Notes under the pieces: model-generated | The model's input: the letters and a program-made list of their open reading frames with translations, nothing else | The model's database searches: none | Told to the model about the DNA's origin: nothing | Shown here: positions 44,285 through 59,196 of the stretch, piece after piece | How positions within the stretch are numbered: position 1 is the stretch's first letter | How the letters are laid out: every line of letters starts with the position of its first letter | DNA from: Bugula neritina | Taxonomy: Eukaryota > Animalia > Bryozoa | Assembly (NCBI GenBank): GCA_964035545.1 | Contig: OZ037767.1 | Location: 25,312,628-25,376,627 of the forward strand | Length of the DNA stretch: 64,000 nt | Direction: 5' to 3' | Position numbers and translations under genes: made by a program

Positions 44285-46040
44285 GCTGAGTTAATTCAAC
44301 ACTACAAACTACATGTACGAGTAAGTATTTTTATATGAAAGAATTTTAATAATAATACAAAATAATATAATGCATTTTTGTAGGTTTTTATAAGCTAAAA
44401 ATATTTTATTATAATTAAATCTTACCTAATAATTCTCAAATATAGATTGCAAAAACAAGGTTAAATTAATTTTACTCTTGATCTATCAACTCAATTTTAC
44501 AAGTTCTGAATAAAACGTTTGTGCTGCAATATCTTCACAGTTTCGGCTTTGAAAAAAATATGTTTCACTCAAGTGAAAGGAGATGAAAACAAAATTTTAA
44601 TTCTTTAGCATTATGATCTAATGGACATTTTATTTTAAAAAAATTCATGGTACAATTAAAGTGTAAAACTTAGACAGATAATATCAATCCTTTATAACCT
44701 AATGACTAACATGTTAGATAACTGAATTGTTTGGAATAGCAAATAGCTGAAAACTGAGAAGTGAGAAGTGAGTGAAAGATATTGTAATACTATGTGGGGG
44801 GCCAGTGCCCCGTTTTTTATGAAATCCAAATTCTAGACACATATTTGAAAACTTGTGGAGCTATAAATTGAGAGCATCTTTCGAACTAGGACCAAGTTGA
44901 AGGTGACTCAGTACAGTCTTTGTATACACATCGTTGTCAAAACTCTAAACATCCAACTCGACAAACTCAAGACCCCCCAGCCACTGCACTCAGTGAACAC
45001 CAACTTGGTGCTGCTTTAAGGAATTCTCAGAAATTAAGCCTGAGAACAAAATCATGAAGCTTCAAACAATAAGCTATTCAACGATTCAGTGAATTATAAA
45101 ATGGAAGACTCATTGTAATTACTTAATCAAAGTAATTAATATAAAATTATCATTCACAAGCCTAATTTTCGTTATATAACTTTATAGATATCTGCCAAAC
45201 TGTTATCTATAAATCTTATTAATTTTAAAAGCAAGATAATGAAACTGCATCATGCAATGCTTTGTGCAATAAATCATGCAATGATAACTTACTAAAATTA
45301 AATATACTATTATTTCACAATCTGCACTTGCATATATTATATGTAGGGAAACTGTAAATAAGATCTCATTGCCAATCTTCAGCATATACATTAGGTCTAC
45401 TATATATTGCTGAAAATGTATTCATGAAAAGGGAATAACTTGCTTTAAAATATGCTTTGACACACACTGTTTTTGCTTGCAACAGGGACATGCAATCAGT
45501 TTAAGATGATTGCATGGTATTGAGATTTCCAAGTATAGACTCTATAGCACAATGGCTAGTATGCTGGCTGGCAAATTTGATTTTTTTGGGGGGGGGGGGG
45601 CAATTGTTTTTACCATAGCAAGTAATTTTTAATCATATTTTACTTTCCATACCATAGTGTCTAATTACTAAGCAATCTGATGGTATGCAAGCATCTGATA
45701 GATAATGAATTAAAATTTGTGAAGTATTGGTGATAATAGGACGTTAGTCAATTTTCTATTTAGAGTTGGATTGTTGTAATATTGCCTTGAAGAGACTCTC
45801 ACTCTCCCTCATTCTCTCCTAATGTTTCTCTCGAATGATTTCCGAGTTATAACAGCAAAATGTCAACAATTAGACTTGTTCCATTACAAGATGGCATCCA
45901 CTGTGCATTATCAAAGTAAACATAATATACAATCTGTAGGTCATTAAGTTTCCATTTCCCGTTGCATTACAGAAGTAATCAATATGGAACATATTATAAG
46001 CTTCCTGTGTGTAAGTAAAATAAAGAAGTAATTCAATAAT

Positions 46041-46099
46041 GTTTACAATACTGTGAAGAAGTTTACAATACTGTGAAGAAGTTTACAATACTGTGAAGA
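46041..46099. repeat. 20-bp tandem repeat x3
   Basis: gtttacaatactgtgaagaa repeated three times. Confidence 0.95.
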
Positions 46100-47000
46100 C
46101 TTTCACAACAATTCCAAGTCATTTATATTATAGCCTGTACGTAATAGTTAGTCTGACTTGCAAAATTTACAAAATGGGTCAAACATGAGATAGCAGTTCA
46201 AATATACAATATAAAAAAATTAACCAATAATATCTCTGAGTTGGATATTCACTAAACGAGAGGATAACTCTATACCAGTCTCTCAATATATATATACTAG
46301 TAGTATTACTAAAACACAAATACATATTATGTTTAAATATTGCTTTATATTAAGGGGAGTAATATAGGATTGTGTATCTACAGATAAAACTTGGTACTAG
46401 TAAAGTTAGAAGTTGTGTTCTCTTACAGCTTGTGTGCTGCTATGACTTATTATATAGTGTGTTTACAAAAGAAGCATGGTCTAGTAGCTGTAAACTGCTG
46501 GATTATTAACATCCAATACTTATATGACTACTGAAGCTTGTTTTGGCAATAATTTTCTAGTTACATCTGGCATACATCTTGCTGATATCAAAAACACATT
46601 TCTTAAGTAGTAATATAAAAATGGAATAAGTATGTGGGCTGAGACAAACTAATATATCATCTATATAATTAGATAATCTATAATACTGTTGATAACTGTT
46701 TTCTATAGCCCTAAAATATAGTAATGCTTTTATAAATTCTACATCTCAGTCAATGCATGCAGAGTTAAATGAGGCATTGTACTTTAGTTATTGTGTCAAT
46801 CAATTGGTAATTGCACAACTATAAAGAAATAAGCAAGTTTGTAACACTTCTTTATTCAATTTTTATTTTTATATTACATATTTTTAAATTTTTGTCTTAG
46901 TTGCATAATTAAATGTTATATAAAGTTTAGAAGTGACAGTCCATCATTCCTATGAGTCATCACTAGAAGTACTTCAAACTATAAACTGGAATCTCCACAT

Positions 47001-50000
47001 TTACAAGAGCGTTTCATTACCAACCATCATAGGCCAGCCATCATCTTCATTAGCATTCTGATGCGCAGCTTGTGCTCTTGCGAATCGACGCCGTTCTAGC
47101 AAGTCTACTGTTTCATTGAGTAGCTGTGCTTGGCCATTGCGCAGGCCCCAAAGCACAGTATTATGATCTAGAAAATAGTATCAAGTGTATAGAAATTCTT
47201 TGCATTACTGCCATAATTATGCATGCAACTACTGCAGTTGTTTCATTATGCCAGTATTTATATGTAGGTTATATTATTAACATTAAATTAAAACAATAAC
47301 TAGTAATTCTGACTGCCGTATGGTTAAAACTGGGTTCAGATATTTAACATTTATATTAAATTGAATGTCAAATTTGTAACAAAAATGTCGATTTATCTTT
47401 TAACTATTTGGAATTAAAATTATGTTAATTATTTTATTATATTCTGCTATAAAATGAATTTAAAAGCATAATATCCTCTCTTATATTGTATTATAGATAT
47501 AAAAATTCGATAAAAGGACACAATCAGTTTAGAGCACAATATACAAATTATTCTTCACTCACCCTCTTCGTCATCTTCAAAGATATTGTTTGATGCTCCA
47601 GTGTGAACAGCCATACTCTCTTCACTGAGTCTTGTGTTGGTATTCTGAAATGCAGGCAGAAGAAAGAAGCCAAGTCCATTATGGTTGTGAATGTTTCTTC
47701 TCGCATTATTCCATTGTCTAATAAACGGCAGCTGTAGAATCCACGGGCGATGCTGACTATTGATATTGCTTGACATCCGCTGCCACACCATTCTACCGCT
47801 CTTAGTGAACGTGGTGACATAACCGTTTGGAGGAGACTTGGAGTTAGTTGCTGGCATCATTCTATAGTAACGACTTGAGACGATTGATGTGATTGGTCGT
47901 TTTCGTCCTGGACTCAAATCTCTAGAGGGGGAGGTAATTAAGTGCTCTGCTGGTGTGAAGTTTTCCTGGCTTAAATTTTTTCTTACAGGTCTTATTACCT
48001 TGCTCATTATACCACGTCTCCTGGTGGAAATATTGTCGTCAGATGGCGTTCTTTCAAAAGAATCATTGCTCTGTTGCCGATGAATAGGCTGCCCATCGTT
48101 TGTATATATGCGTCTATGACGACGATTCTGTAACAACACAGAAATTTCTGTTTGAATATTATTGTAATTTATTTAATTTACTGTTTAATAAACTCATGAC
48201 ATAATATTTATTCGAGACAAACACAGTAACAGCGCAACCTTTCAAAGAATTTCTGTGTTGTTACAGACTCTAGAGTCTATAGCTACAGCTTAATGCACTC
48301 ATTTTAATGCTTTACATGCAAAATGACAATATAGGGACCTTTTATATTTTGTCTACAGTTTTTTAAATGTGTTTTATAATAAAATTTAATTTACAATAGC
48401 CTATAATTTCTTTAGCACTAATTTTGATAAATGCTGAAATGTTAGCTTAGGTTGAGGGTATGTGTCAATGCTACTGGGATTGTATTACAGTTCAAACTCA
48501 TACAAATGCTACTAAGATACATGTGTTGATAATATGTGGAGTATACTTAGACAATTTTAGCTTAAAAAGTAGCAATTCAAGGTTGCATTTCATCGGTACA
48601 CTTTCTAAATGCCAGCACCCAATAATATGCATGAAGTGCTATAAACTTTAGCACTACAATAACACAGAACCTCAATTAGCTGCATTGCTATTGTTTCATG
48701 ACGAAAAATCAATAAATAGTACACCTAAGTAACTCATTAGAGAGAAGATGACTCTATATTACTTTATGCTGAAGGTTTAACAGTAGTACTATTACTAACA
48801 CCTTATACATATTATATTCTTATGTTATAATTATAGGCATATATATGCATATTATATTATATGCATATATATGTCTATTTATGTGATTTTCGTTTATCCA
48901 CAATTTGTTATGCATCAAAGTAAAATGAGAGAATCTTAGCAAAAGGTAGTGAAATCATTAAACCCTACTTTTGAAAGTCAAGTCCAATAATCAGCTTTGT
49001 AGACAAAAAAATTGGAAATCATAAAATATTATGCTACATTATATGTACCTATAGTTTAATATATTTTCTTACAAGGGGTTAAAAGTTCTTTTTATACATC
49101 TGGATAAAAATTGTAGTACTTCTACTACAATGTGCTTCTACTAGAACCTTTTTGTTCAAATTATTACTCTATTTTCGAAGTTTTAATGGCTCTAATTACT
49201 GTAATAATGATGGAAAACTAAGTGTGATTACATTTGTTTGAGTTTTCTACTCTTGATTATAATTTAGCACTTTACATTAGTCTAATAATAACAGACTTCA
49301 TTATCAAATAGCATCTTCTTATAGATTATTAATAATCGGCTATGATTAACATTTCCATCAATATTATACACTATATACACAGTTAAATACAACTTTGTTA
49401 GATTCTGAGTAAACCAATCTAATTCATTTATATAGTGACTTATTTATTCTACTGGCAATAAATTAAAGCACCAAACTTCCAATAATATTTTATTATAAAT
49501 AATATGCTAGTTTCAAATGGGGTTTGCTTTAAAAAAATTAACTAAAACATTAAGAATTTAAATGCACAGTTTCTTGTCAAATTCATGGCTTATGCTAGTT
49601 TAACGTTGTGCGAGAGAAAAAAGTTTTAAATATTGAATATTAAAACCTATCCAGGGTCAAATTATAGAAATATTAAAACCGAAACTAAAAGAAACTGTTA
49701 GAGTTCGAAACTTGTTTAAGGATTTGGGCAAGTGTACTAAGGATGGCCACTTAATTCTTGTGTTATAGTGTAACAAGTGAACTCAGAATTAAAGTATCTC
49801 TGTGTACTATAAACATAATCATTGGTATTCTTATAAAAAAAAGATCATTGACCATAATAAGATAATAAATAAACACCAGCATAAGTGACAGAGGTACTGG
49901 CAACTTTTTAAGCACTATAGAGTTGTCTTCCCCAAACTTTTCTGGTGATAACTCATATCAAGTTACGGTTCAGTGCCTGAGTGCACAGCGAGTCAGTAAA

Positions 50001-50349
50001 GAGACTAATATGCTTTTATAAAACCACAACATTTAATTGAAACTTACATAATAAAACATAGCAACCTCTTAATTGCTTTGCTGAAACTGTGTTTTCTCCA
50101 AATCGCTCAAAGGATATTATCACCATCGCAATTAGGCTCAGTACTATATCGAATAGTTTATACTCTAAAAATAAATATAATTGAACTTACCTGATGTCTC
50201 ATTCTAGCCCTAGATCCAAAGGGTGGTCTATCTTTGATGAATCTATGCCAAACAATATAGGTGCCACAGGCTACCACTGTTATCAAGGCTGCCACTTTCA
50301 CCACATGATTTTGTACATTAATACTGCCGTTGTATTGGTTTAGCATCAT
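47001..50349 (-). CDS. Uncharacterised single-pass (N-terminal anchor) protein, about 296 aa
   Basis: Exons 50349-50191, 48127-47563, 47167-47001 with phases 0,1. TM-like VVKVAALITVVACGTYIVW, then an Arg-rich, probably disordered region ending in ETLL*. Confidence 0.72.
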
Positions 50350-52160
50350 TTTTGTTCTACGGAAAAACAATTAATATATAATCAGTTAAAATAGTTGAAA
50401 TAAAAATTCCATAATAGCTGTTTGTGTCCGCTAGGTTAATCATCGAATACAAAAATGGGCATAAACTTCAAACATATGCATTTTATTACTCATTAATGAA
50501 AGCAAAGGTCTATTAAAAACTAGTGCATGCATAATTTTACATTACTGTATATTTTATTACAAAGTATTAAATGTTTGCAGTTAAAAGAAGTTGTATGACA
50601 GCTGCTTGCCAATGAGAAAGCTAGCTCAGTTTACAAGTGCATCAGCGCTACAAGTTTTACTACACTTTGGGTTTTAATTTAGTTATTTTATTCAACTTTT
50701 GCACCCATGAATCAACTAGGAACTTACCTGTAGATCGACTACTAACTTGTCTGTAGATTAGTTACCAACCTACATGTAGATTAACTACTAACCTAGACAT
50801 GTAGATTAATTACTAATTAGAATTTACTTACATTGCTGAATTATAATTTTCTTTTCTTTTATCATAGCCTGTCTTTGAAGCTCTGCTTCTTTTAAATAAA
50901 TGCTTAAAACTATTCTTTATTTGCTTTATGTAAGAGTTTTATATCCAGGTGTTATCATTCTACATTTGCGCTTCAACAATCTGCCCTCTTTTCAGGCCAT
51001 CAGCTTACTGAATCTCGCTAGTCATCTGTCATAAAGTATTGCATATTTTGATAATTTTTGCAATATTTTAGATGCTTTAAACATACTGTTGAAACAATAG
51101 ACTTGAGAAATATTGTATCTATATATTAGTTATTTTACATTAAAAATATTGTATGTGTTGTCATATCTAATAGAATATTATATACAATAGGATATAGTAA
51201 TAATTGTATTCGAAGTTGTAGAAAGTTTTTCTAATAGCTTCATTTACTTTAGCTTTGGTATTAAAATAGAAAACATGCAAATTTACAATGCTAAACTTAT
51301 GAGGCATCAATCAACACTTTTTATAAGCCATTATCAAACATCAATATAAATCTAATTATTATTTTGTATAAAATTTAAATAGTCATGAAACCATTTTGTA
51401 CCCAGCACAATAACGTGCAAGTGGTGGTAATTAACTCTTTTATTTTATAGTTGGCTTCAGTTATTGTTGTTATAATTATATAATATACACAAATGATGCC
51501 AATCATATAAAACAGCCAATATTAGACAAATATCTAAGCCTGGGAACATTTTTGCTTATTGGTTTTTATTATTTTATTTCTTTCACAAAAGAATTACTGA
51601 TGTTCACTTTGTGCTGTCTTTCAACTCCATACATTTATTGATAGATTGCTTTGGCCGATCCCCATTGTTTATCGGTCAATAATGTGAATGAATTTTGATT
51701 TCATCTCTTCTTCTAATTCTACTGTAAACCTTAGATGTTATTGTTAAAAATATTATATTATGCAAACAAGAGGTCAGTCAAAACATTGCAATGTTGACAA
51801 ATTGGTTTCCTCAAGATTCCCACGGTAGATTTTGGAGAGGTGAATTAATGAACAAAAGAAAGTATTGATCCAATTGTCATTGAATGAGTTGCGTTGAAAC
51901 AGACTCCAATAAGTCATTGTAAGGAATTATCGCTTGTTCAACTCTCAGCTATGTCGGCCTCTCAATGATGTCTGTGAAAGAAGCCGACTCATGCAGACCA
52001 AATCAGTGGAGCGGAAAATCTGAGGCCAGCTACACCTTTTTTTCTCCACTTACATCACTTGATGGCATCTTAAAACAACAAGCAATACTCTTTTGATAAT
52101 ATTTAGCACCAGTTTTGCATCAACTCCTGTCTAGCAACTCATTTTATAGTTTACACAGAT

Positions 52161-52449
52161 TTATTGTGAATAGAAATTGGAATAAAATTAAAAGTAATCT
52201 TTACAATTTGCAAATTGTAAAGATTGCTGTAATTGACTCAATTAATCATGTACAAAAGTATCACAAAATTATCGCATATTAAATTTAACAATCCATGGCT
52301 TATTATTTAAAATAAGGCTTGTAATAGAATTTTGCATATGCAATGTTTCGGTATTTTTGTACATGATTTTTAGTTAATTACAGCAATCTTTACAATTTTC
52401 TGGTATCATGATACTTTTAATTTTATTACAATTACTGTGTTTACAATAA
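52161..52449. mobile_element. Decayed foldback/MITE-like inverted repeat
   Basis: Arms such as aattgtaaagattgctgtaatt...aatcatgtacaaaa versus ttttgtacatgatt...aattacagcaatctttacaatt, centred near 52305. Confidence 0.65.
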
Positions 52450-54575
52450 TTGAAAAACTTATTCAGACATTCACATAAAATCTTTTTTTCATGTTTGACA
52501 TAATTTAATGTTTTAAAGTTTCAAAACTTAAACAAACTGGTTTTGCACTGCTTCAATTCCTATAACACATTATCATGTAAAATTTTTACACTGTAACAAT
52601 GTTTTTACAACAATTAATAATATTATGCAATATTGCAAAATTAATAAGTGTATGACTTTCGTAACTTATAAAGTAGTCAGTTTTCAGAAGTAAAGCAATA
52701 TACATGTTAGACTCATTATTCTATAGTGCAAGTGGTATGGTGTACATAACTGATGGCTATAATTCTATATTTATTGGTTCAGTAAAAGAATATGTTTAAC
52801 AATTATAAGTTGTGATCCTAATAAAGTTCATGTGTGAGTAGCTAGAAAATAAAATAATTCTTCTAACAGTGCAATAATATATAATGTGTATAAATCATCA
52901 TTGTTGGAGCTGTTCATTTACATGCAGTATTTCACCTCATAGTTTATGCTAAAACAAATTATATATATTCTATATAACAATATGTAAAAAATTACTAGCT
53001 AACTGAAATGTACAACTTACAATTAACCTCAAAAATTGAGGCGTAAATAAATAACATGTATAGTCCTTTGGAAACTTGTAATAGGGCTAACTGTACCTTT
53101 CACTCTAATAATTGTGCTTAGATAGAGCTAACAATGCATAGGTGCAGCAATGAAGAAATTGACAAACAGCCTGTGTAACAACATTAATATAGCAAAAAAG
53201 ATTATGTTCTCATAAGAATTTCAACTTGCAACTTGTATACAAAACCAAAAGAGGAAAATTAATAACTTAGGCTATCAAAATTGCCCAGTTACTGCACCTT
53301 AATATAGTGAGTTAGTGGAATTCTTTAGCAGCGCCCAAACAGCTATTTTGAATTTGCATGCAAACATCAGCTAGCCTATGCTTAACAATCACTGGTGTAA
53401 CTTGCGGCTTAAATTTTGCTGAAAACCTAACAAATTTCTTGAAACACTTTATGTAAGCCTAATGCAAATATTCATCTATATACTTGGACATAGTAGTTGT
53501 ACATCATTACTTTTCACCTGTTTATACTTTATTAAGTGTAGCTTGAAATTAAGTTTGAGCAATATTATTTCAAGGTAGACATAGCTCTCGGCTATTATAC
53601 TTCAAATCCAATGCATAAAGCAATTAATTACTGTCAAAATGAGCAGCTTACTTAAACATTTTTCTTACCTACTTAAAAAATGAATTGAAAGTCTTAGCAT
53701 ATAAAGTTATAGTTCAACAATGAGATGTTGGTATGATTATGGGCAATGTTCCAAAAATGTTGTATATAATTATAATCTATTAAGGAAGGTTCCTGTTATA
53801 AAGAACAATCTATGACTGTCTATACATCCAGCTATAAGCAAACAAGACACAGGATCAAGGAAAGTCAATATTCTACTTTTTTGATGTTGTTACATCAAAC
53901 AGAATCTATTGTAAACATATGTTTGTGGCTTTTGTACTTCTGGCTTTAATAAACAAAATCAACAAATAAACAGGCATAATGAGGATCTCAATTTCTATGC
54001 ATGTAAATAAAACAATAATAACAAAAGCATGTTCCTCATTATTTAAGGAAATATGCCAAATACTGCAAAGGGTGGATTGAAAAAAATGAAGAAATTTTGT
54101 GAGGTAAATGCTTTTGACAAAATTGAATTAGTTTTGGTACATTATTTTAACTACTAATCATTTATAAAAATTGTTATGCATTTTTTAACATTTACACACG
54201 TTATACGTAAATTGCTGATCATTATTTTATACCTTTTTATTTAAAACAACATTTAATCAATTTTTTAACTATATCAATTATCTAAAAACATTTGTAAAAA
54301 TATGACTTTAGCACCAAGGTGGTGAGTAATGGTATAAGAATTTAGTGTTGTGTTTAGAATGACCATTGAGAAGAACGAATCGATTTCAGATGACGAGTTA
54401 CGTTCCTGCGAATACCAATCAATACGAGTCAATCGAACATGTGCCATGATATCTCATATATGTACATTTGATCACCCAACCAGCTGTCACATTAGATATT
54501 ACTCCGATCGTGGCAGCATCGTATTGAACAGTAGCTGTTATATTTTTCAGTATTTTTTCCAAAGTAGAAGAAAAC

Positions 54576-57500
54576 ATGGATGCTTTGCTTGGTCTTTCAG
54601 TTCATGCTCAAGCATTACAACAGCAACTGGGTAAGCAGTGTTATTTGTTTCACTATAATTAACTGAGTAAATATGTGATATCTTACAATTCAAAGCAAAT
54701 TATAATTTTTTCTCGTAAGATCATAAAAGTTAGAAGGTATTAATGACACAATATATTTTGGACTATGATATGCAAGGGTATATGCTTTCATAAAATATTA
54801 TAATTATAATTATAATAGTTATATGCATTTAATGTAATTATTATAATGAAATATATTGTGACATTTAAAAACTGCACTATTTCATGTCTATAATATATTA
54901 AGCTTCTGTAGGCTGTATATTATAACATTTAACTCTATATAACATTCTGTGTTTAGAATAGCTTTAGCATCACTCTGTCACATTAGCTATCTAATTGTTG
55001 TCTCTAATAAAATTCAATTTCTAGAAACTGCAATGACTTTTTACTGCAATAATCACAATATGGTTTTGCTTAACATATTCCATTTGTATTATGGTTTACT
55101 TATTGCTAAGTGTTGAGCTATTTCAAGGTCTAATATGACAAAGAGAGAGACAGTTTAAGCTGAAACTTGTAAAATCAAACAATGTAAAAATGTGTTATTG
55201 TTTGTATTTATCTGGTGAGCTTGAAAACTGTTGCATCTGATAGCCTGTTGTCATTTGACATGTTCACCTTATTGGCTTGGCAAATGTCAATCCTAAAGTC
55301 TTTATGTGTAAATTTTTGCTGCCTGAGAAGAAATCTTACACAATATCAATGCACTCAACTGCCACCCCAAACTACTTCCTTTTGTGTTGAAGAACTTAGA
55401 CAGATCAGATGTCGCTAGAATTGGCTTCTTGTAGTTTATAATTCCACTTGTTAAATCAATTAGTCATCTTTTGCTTACTAATATCAAAGCTTCAGCAGTT
55501 TCAGCTTTCATAACAAGCATACAGTCTCTATTAATTATTCAACACCAGGTTTATATTTATTCAGCCTAGAATTCGAATTAGAAACTATCATGTTTGATGT
55601 TTAATGTTACACTATCTTGACTGTAGAATAACTTATTTATTATTAATTGATATCTTTTGCAGCAGAAAGACTTTTGGATGTGCCATGTAGAGTCTGCAAT
55701 GATAAAAGTTCTGGCAAACATTATGGGGTCTTCACTTGTGATGGTCAGTTTTAGTTATTTCTATTTGCGATCTAAAGAGATCCTAATTATGTCATTTCTG
55801 ATAATTTAACCAAATAACATGTTATAATGGTCCTACAATTTTGCTTCAAATCAGTGAATATCTTTTCAATATAATAATGCTCCATCATTGTTGAGGAAGA
55901 AAACCACTGCAAATTTGCTTTAAGTTCTCAAAATAATGAATTATTTGACCAGTTATAGTTCTTATAAGTATTAAATTAAATAGCAATGTTTAATTTATAA
56001 TCAATACTGACTTCCATTTATACAAATGCTAACTTGTTTGATAGTAATACTAATAATAATTGTAATATTAATAATTACTATTATTATATTTTATTGTTAC
56101 ACAGGCTGCTCAGGGTTTTTCAAAAGAAGCATTCACAAAAGTAGACAGTATACTTGCAAGGCTCAAGGCGTTGGCAAAGGGCGCTGCCCTGTAGATAAAA
56201 CACACAGGAACCAATGCAGGGCTTGTAGACTCTCCAAATGCTTTGAAGTCAATATGAACAAGGATGGTAAGTTGATTCATATTTTAGCATAAACTCTTTT
56301 TCTAATATACATTTTGTAGTGAGAATTAGTTATGATAAGTAAACACCAAAAGTTAATTGTTATTTTACTTTAAATATTTACAGCAAAACCATGGCTTGTT
56401 CAGAATATCTTTGCCTTTTAATTATTTGCATTTATGTAAATAACCTTTGTAAGAAATAATATATTTAAAACCGATCAACTTGACTAGAATTTCCTTCAAA
56501 CTCATGACGTCTTCTAGCCGCTGCACAGGATTAAAAGATTACCATTTTTATCTTGGATGTAATTTCACCACTTTTTTTATGTTTCTTGTCTATTCAATGT
56601 CAACACAATTTTTTAATCAACAGTATGATGCATTGAAACTGCTTGCAAGTCTCACATTTTCAATTATATTTGAATTAATTTGGTGGCATCGTACAACTCA
56701 CATAAAAAATAATGTTTATAGTTTATATTTGTAAAAAATATTCTATATACAGCAAACTTATAGCATTTAGAATAATAATTTCAAACATAATATCCATTAT
56801 AATAATGTTACTGCTCTTGGAATCACGCTGCTTTACATTGAGCTCTAAAATCTAATTACAGCTGTTCAGCACGAAAGAGGACCCAGAAAAAGGAAATCAA
56901 CCACTCAGATGCCAGAAGAAGCATCTAGTGGAAAAAAAGAGAAGACGGAACCGAATGTGACCACAACTCCAACCGAGGAAATGAAATGGCCATCAAAGCC
57001 ATTGAATGTCCCCCAGACAGCGCTGACTAACACATCATTGAATACGCTGACTTTGCCATACAGTAGTTCATTGTCCTCTCCCTCAACACCAAGCTATATG
57101 GCTGCTCACTTGCAAAAACAAGCATTTCAAGCTAGCTTTATACACAGGTTAGTTACCATATACTATTGTATTATAATAATATGTTCTATGTTATATGCTA
57201 TTATATTATAGTATATTCTGTTTTATATTATTATATTACAATATGCTATGTTATATGATATTGTATCATAGTGTATATACAAGCATAATTCATTATACCA
57301 CATTTTATATAATTTTATGTTATATATTATAATTTATATCATACTGTATTATATTGAATATACAAACATACATATCACTACATAATTACGGCATATATTA
57401 TTATTCTTATAGTAGATAAAATCACACTGAGTTGTAAATGCTGATGAATTTATATATGTCCGCATGAACACACTTATCGTTATATAATGTTTATAATTAT

Positions 57501-58590
57501 ACTCATCATTTAATATTTCAGTTTACTGTTGGCTGAGCATTACCAGGAATTGGCTGTTCGTTCAGAAATGTCCCAGCTGGCCACAACGACTCCAGATGAA
57601 TGTGCAATAAGACTTCTATATATCTCCATCAACTGGTTGAGACACCTCCCATCCTTTAGAATTCTCTCTGTAGCTGATCAGGTACGTTCGTCACTGCTAT
57701 CTAAAGTTATTGCTATCAGCCATGCTCTATATTTCTAGTTTGAAGTTATTGCAAGTGGCACATGTAAGTTTTTGCTTGAATTTTTTAGTTTGTAAATTAC
57801 AGAAAGACAGGTACTACCATTTATTTCCTGTTTATAAAAAATTATTTTATTACCACTTTCAGGTGAGCTTACTGGAAGAGAGTTGGGCAGAGCTGTTTGT
57901 CATATCCTTAGCACAGTGGAAGCTGCCGTTTAGCTATTTATCGATGCTGACAAAAAATATGAACAGCCCGCTGACTCTAGACCTTCTGAGGGTCAACAGT
58001 CTGACAGCCAAGATTGACCTTCACAGACTGGATAGTACAGAGTATGCGTGTCTGAAAGCTCTGGCAGTGTTTAAACCCTGTAAGTGTCACATTAACGCTT
58101 ATTAACCATCACCTTAAAGTTATACACTGTTTGTCTTCCATGCAAAACTGTATAATATACTGAGTCCAATTTTACATCTAGTAGCCTAGTTTAAACATAT
58201 TTCTTTTGTAAATTTATACACTATTTTGTTACAAAAAGTAATGAATGCAGGCCTATAACTTCAAATAAATTCAAACAAAAAAATTGCTCAGTTTCCAATT
58301 AGTGAAATTATTTTGTCAATTTTTTAGCATGCCGAGGTCTATCGGAGTCATCCTTTGCTATAGTGGAGAGTATACAAGACCAAATACAATATCTCCTGTC
58401 ACAAGTCACTATGACATCACAATACAGCGACCCACTCAGATTCGGCCACCTATTACTCTTGCTGTCTATGATCAAAGAGGTGAAGACAACTACCATTAAA
58501 CAACTTTACTTTAGCTCATACACTGGTAATCTACCAATAGAAAAGTTTCTTACTGATATCTATAGATACGAAGCTTTGCCTATGTTTTAA
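54576..58590 (+). CDS. dsf: NR2E-family nuclear receptor, dissatisfaction-like (NR2E4), about 407 aa
   Basis: Exons 54576-54630, 55663-55743, 56105-56266, 56862-57147, 57522-57681, 57863-58079, 58328-58590. DBD RLLDVPC...[13 protein letters not shown]...[28 protein letters not shown]...[13 protein letters not shown] and KGRCPVD favour dsf over tailless/TLX. LBD motifs [27 protein letters not shown] and IEKFLTDIY. Confidence 0.88.
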
Positions 58591-59183
58591 AACTTAAGAT
58601 CAACAAGTTTCAAGTTATTTATAATGTAAAAGATTAATGTATATTTATATATTAACTGCATGACTATTATATTTACTTGATTATTTTTAAATGTAACTTA
58701 TTTTGTATATTTTTCTAATGGTAATTTTGAAAATATATTTATTTTCAATACAATTGATACATGAGAAAGCAACTTCTTATAATAGTTCTACCTCTTTGGT
58801 GGTTGAAGTGGTACATCAAACCATTTAAGTTTTTGCAGATCTGTTAATGCAAACTACTAGATAAAACACAAATGTTTATGTCAGATTTCAACTTGAGTTG
58901 GTGTATGGTGCACAGGGTGTAAGCTCTCAAGAATAAACTCCAAGTCATTTTTGGTATATAGTTGTTTTTATTCAAGTACAAAAAAGAGCAATGATTACTA
59001 GATATTTATCAAATAGCTTGATGTTTAAAATATTGGTATTCTAAATTAAACAATTTAAAAATAGTATTTTTAAATGTAATTATATGTAACTCACACATAA
59101 TCTGAGTTAAAACTGAGACTATCTACTGGACGGACTTAAAGTGATAAAATAGGTATAAAGTTCACAGTATGTAGTGTTTCTTG

Positions 59184-59196
59184 AGGTCAAAGGTCA
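59184..59196 (+). promoter_or_regulatory. Perfect DR1 nuclear-receptor motif AGGTCA-A-AGGTCA
   Basis: Exact consensus match. It overlaps the CCDC150 stop codon. Function is unproven. Confidence 0.3.
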
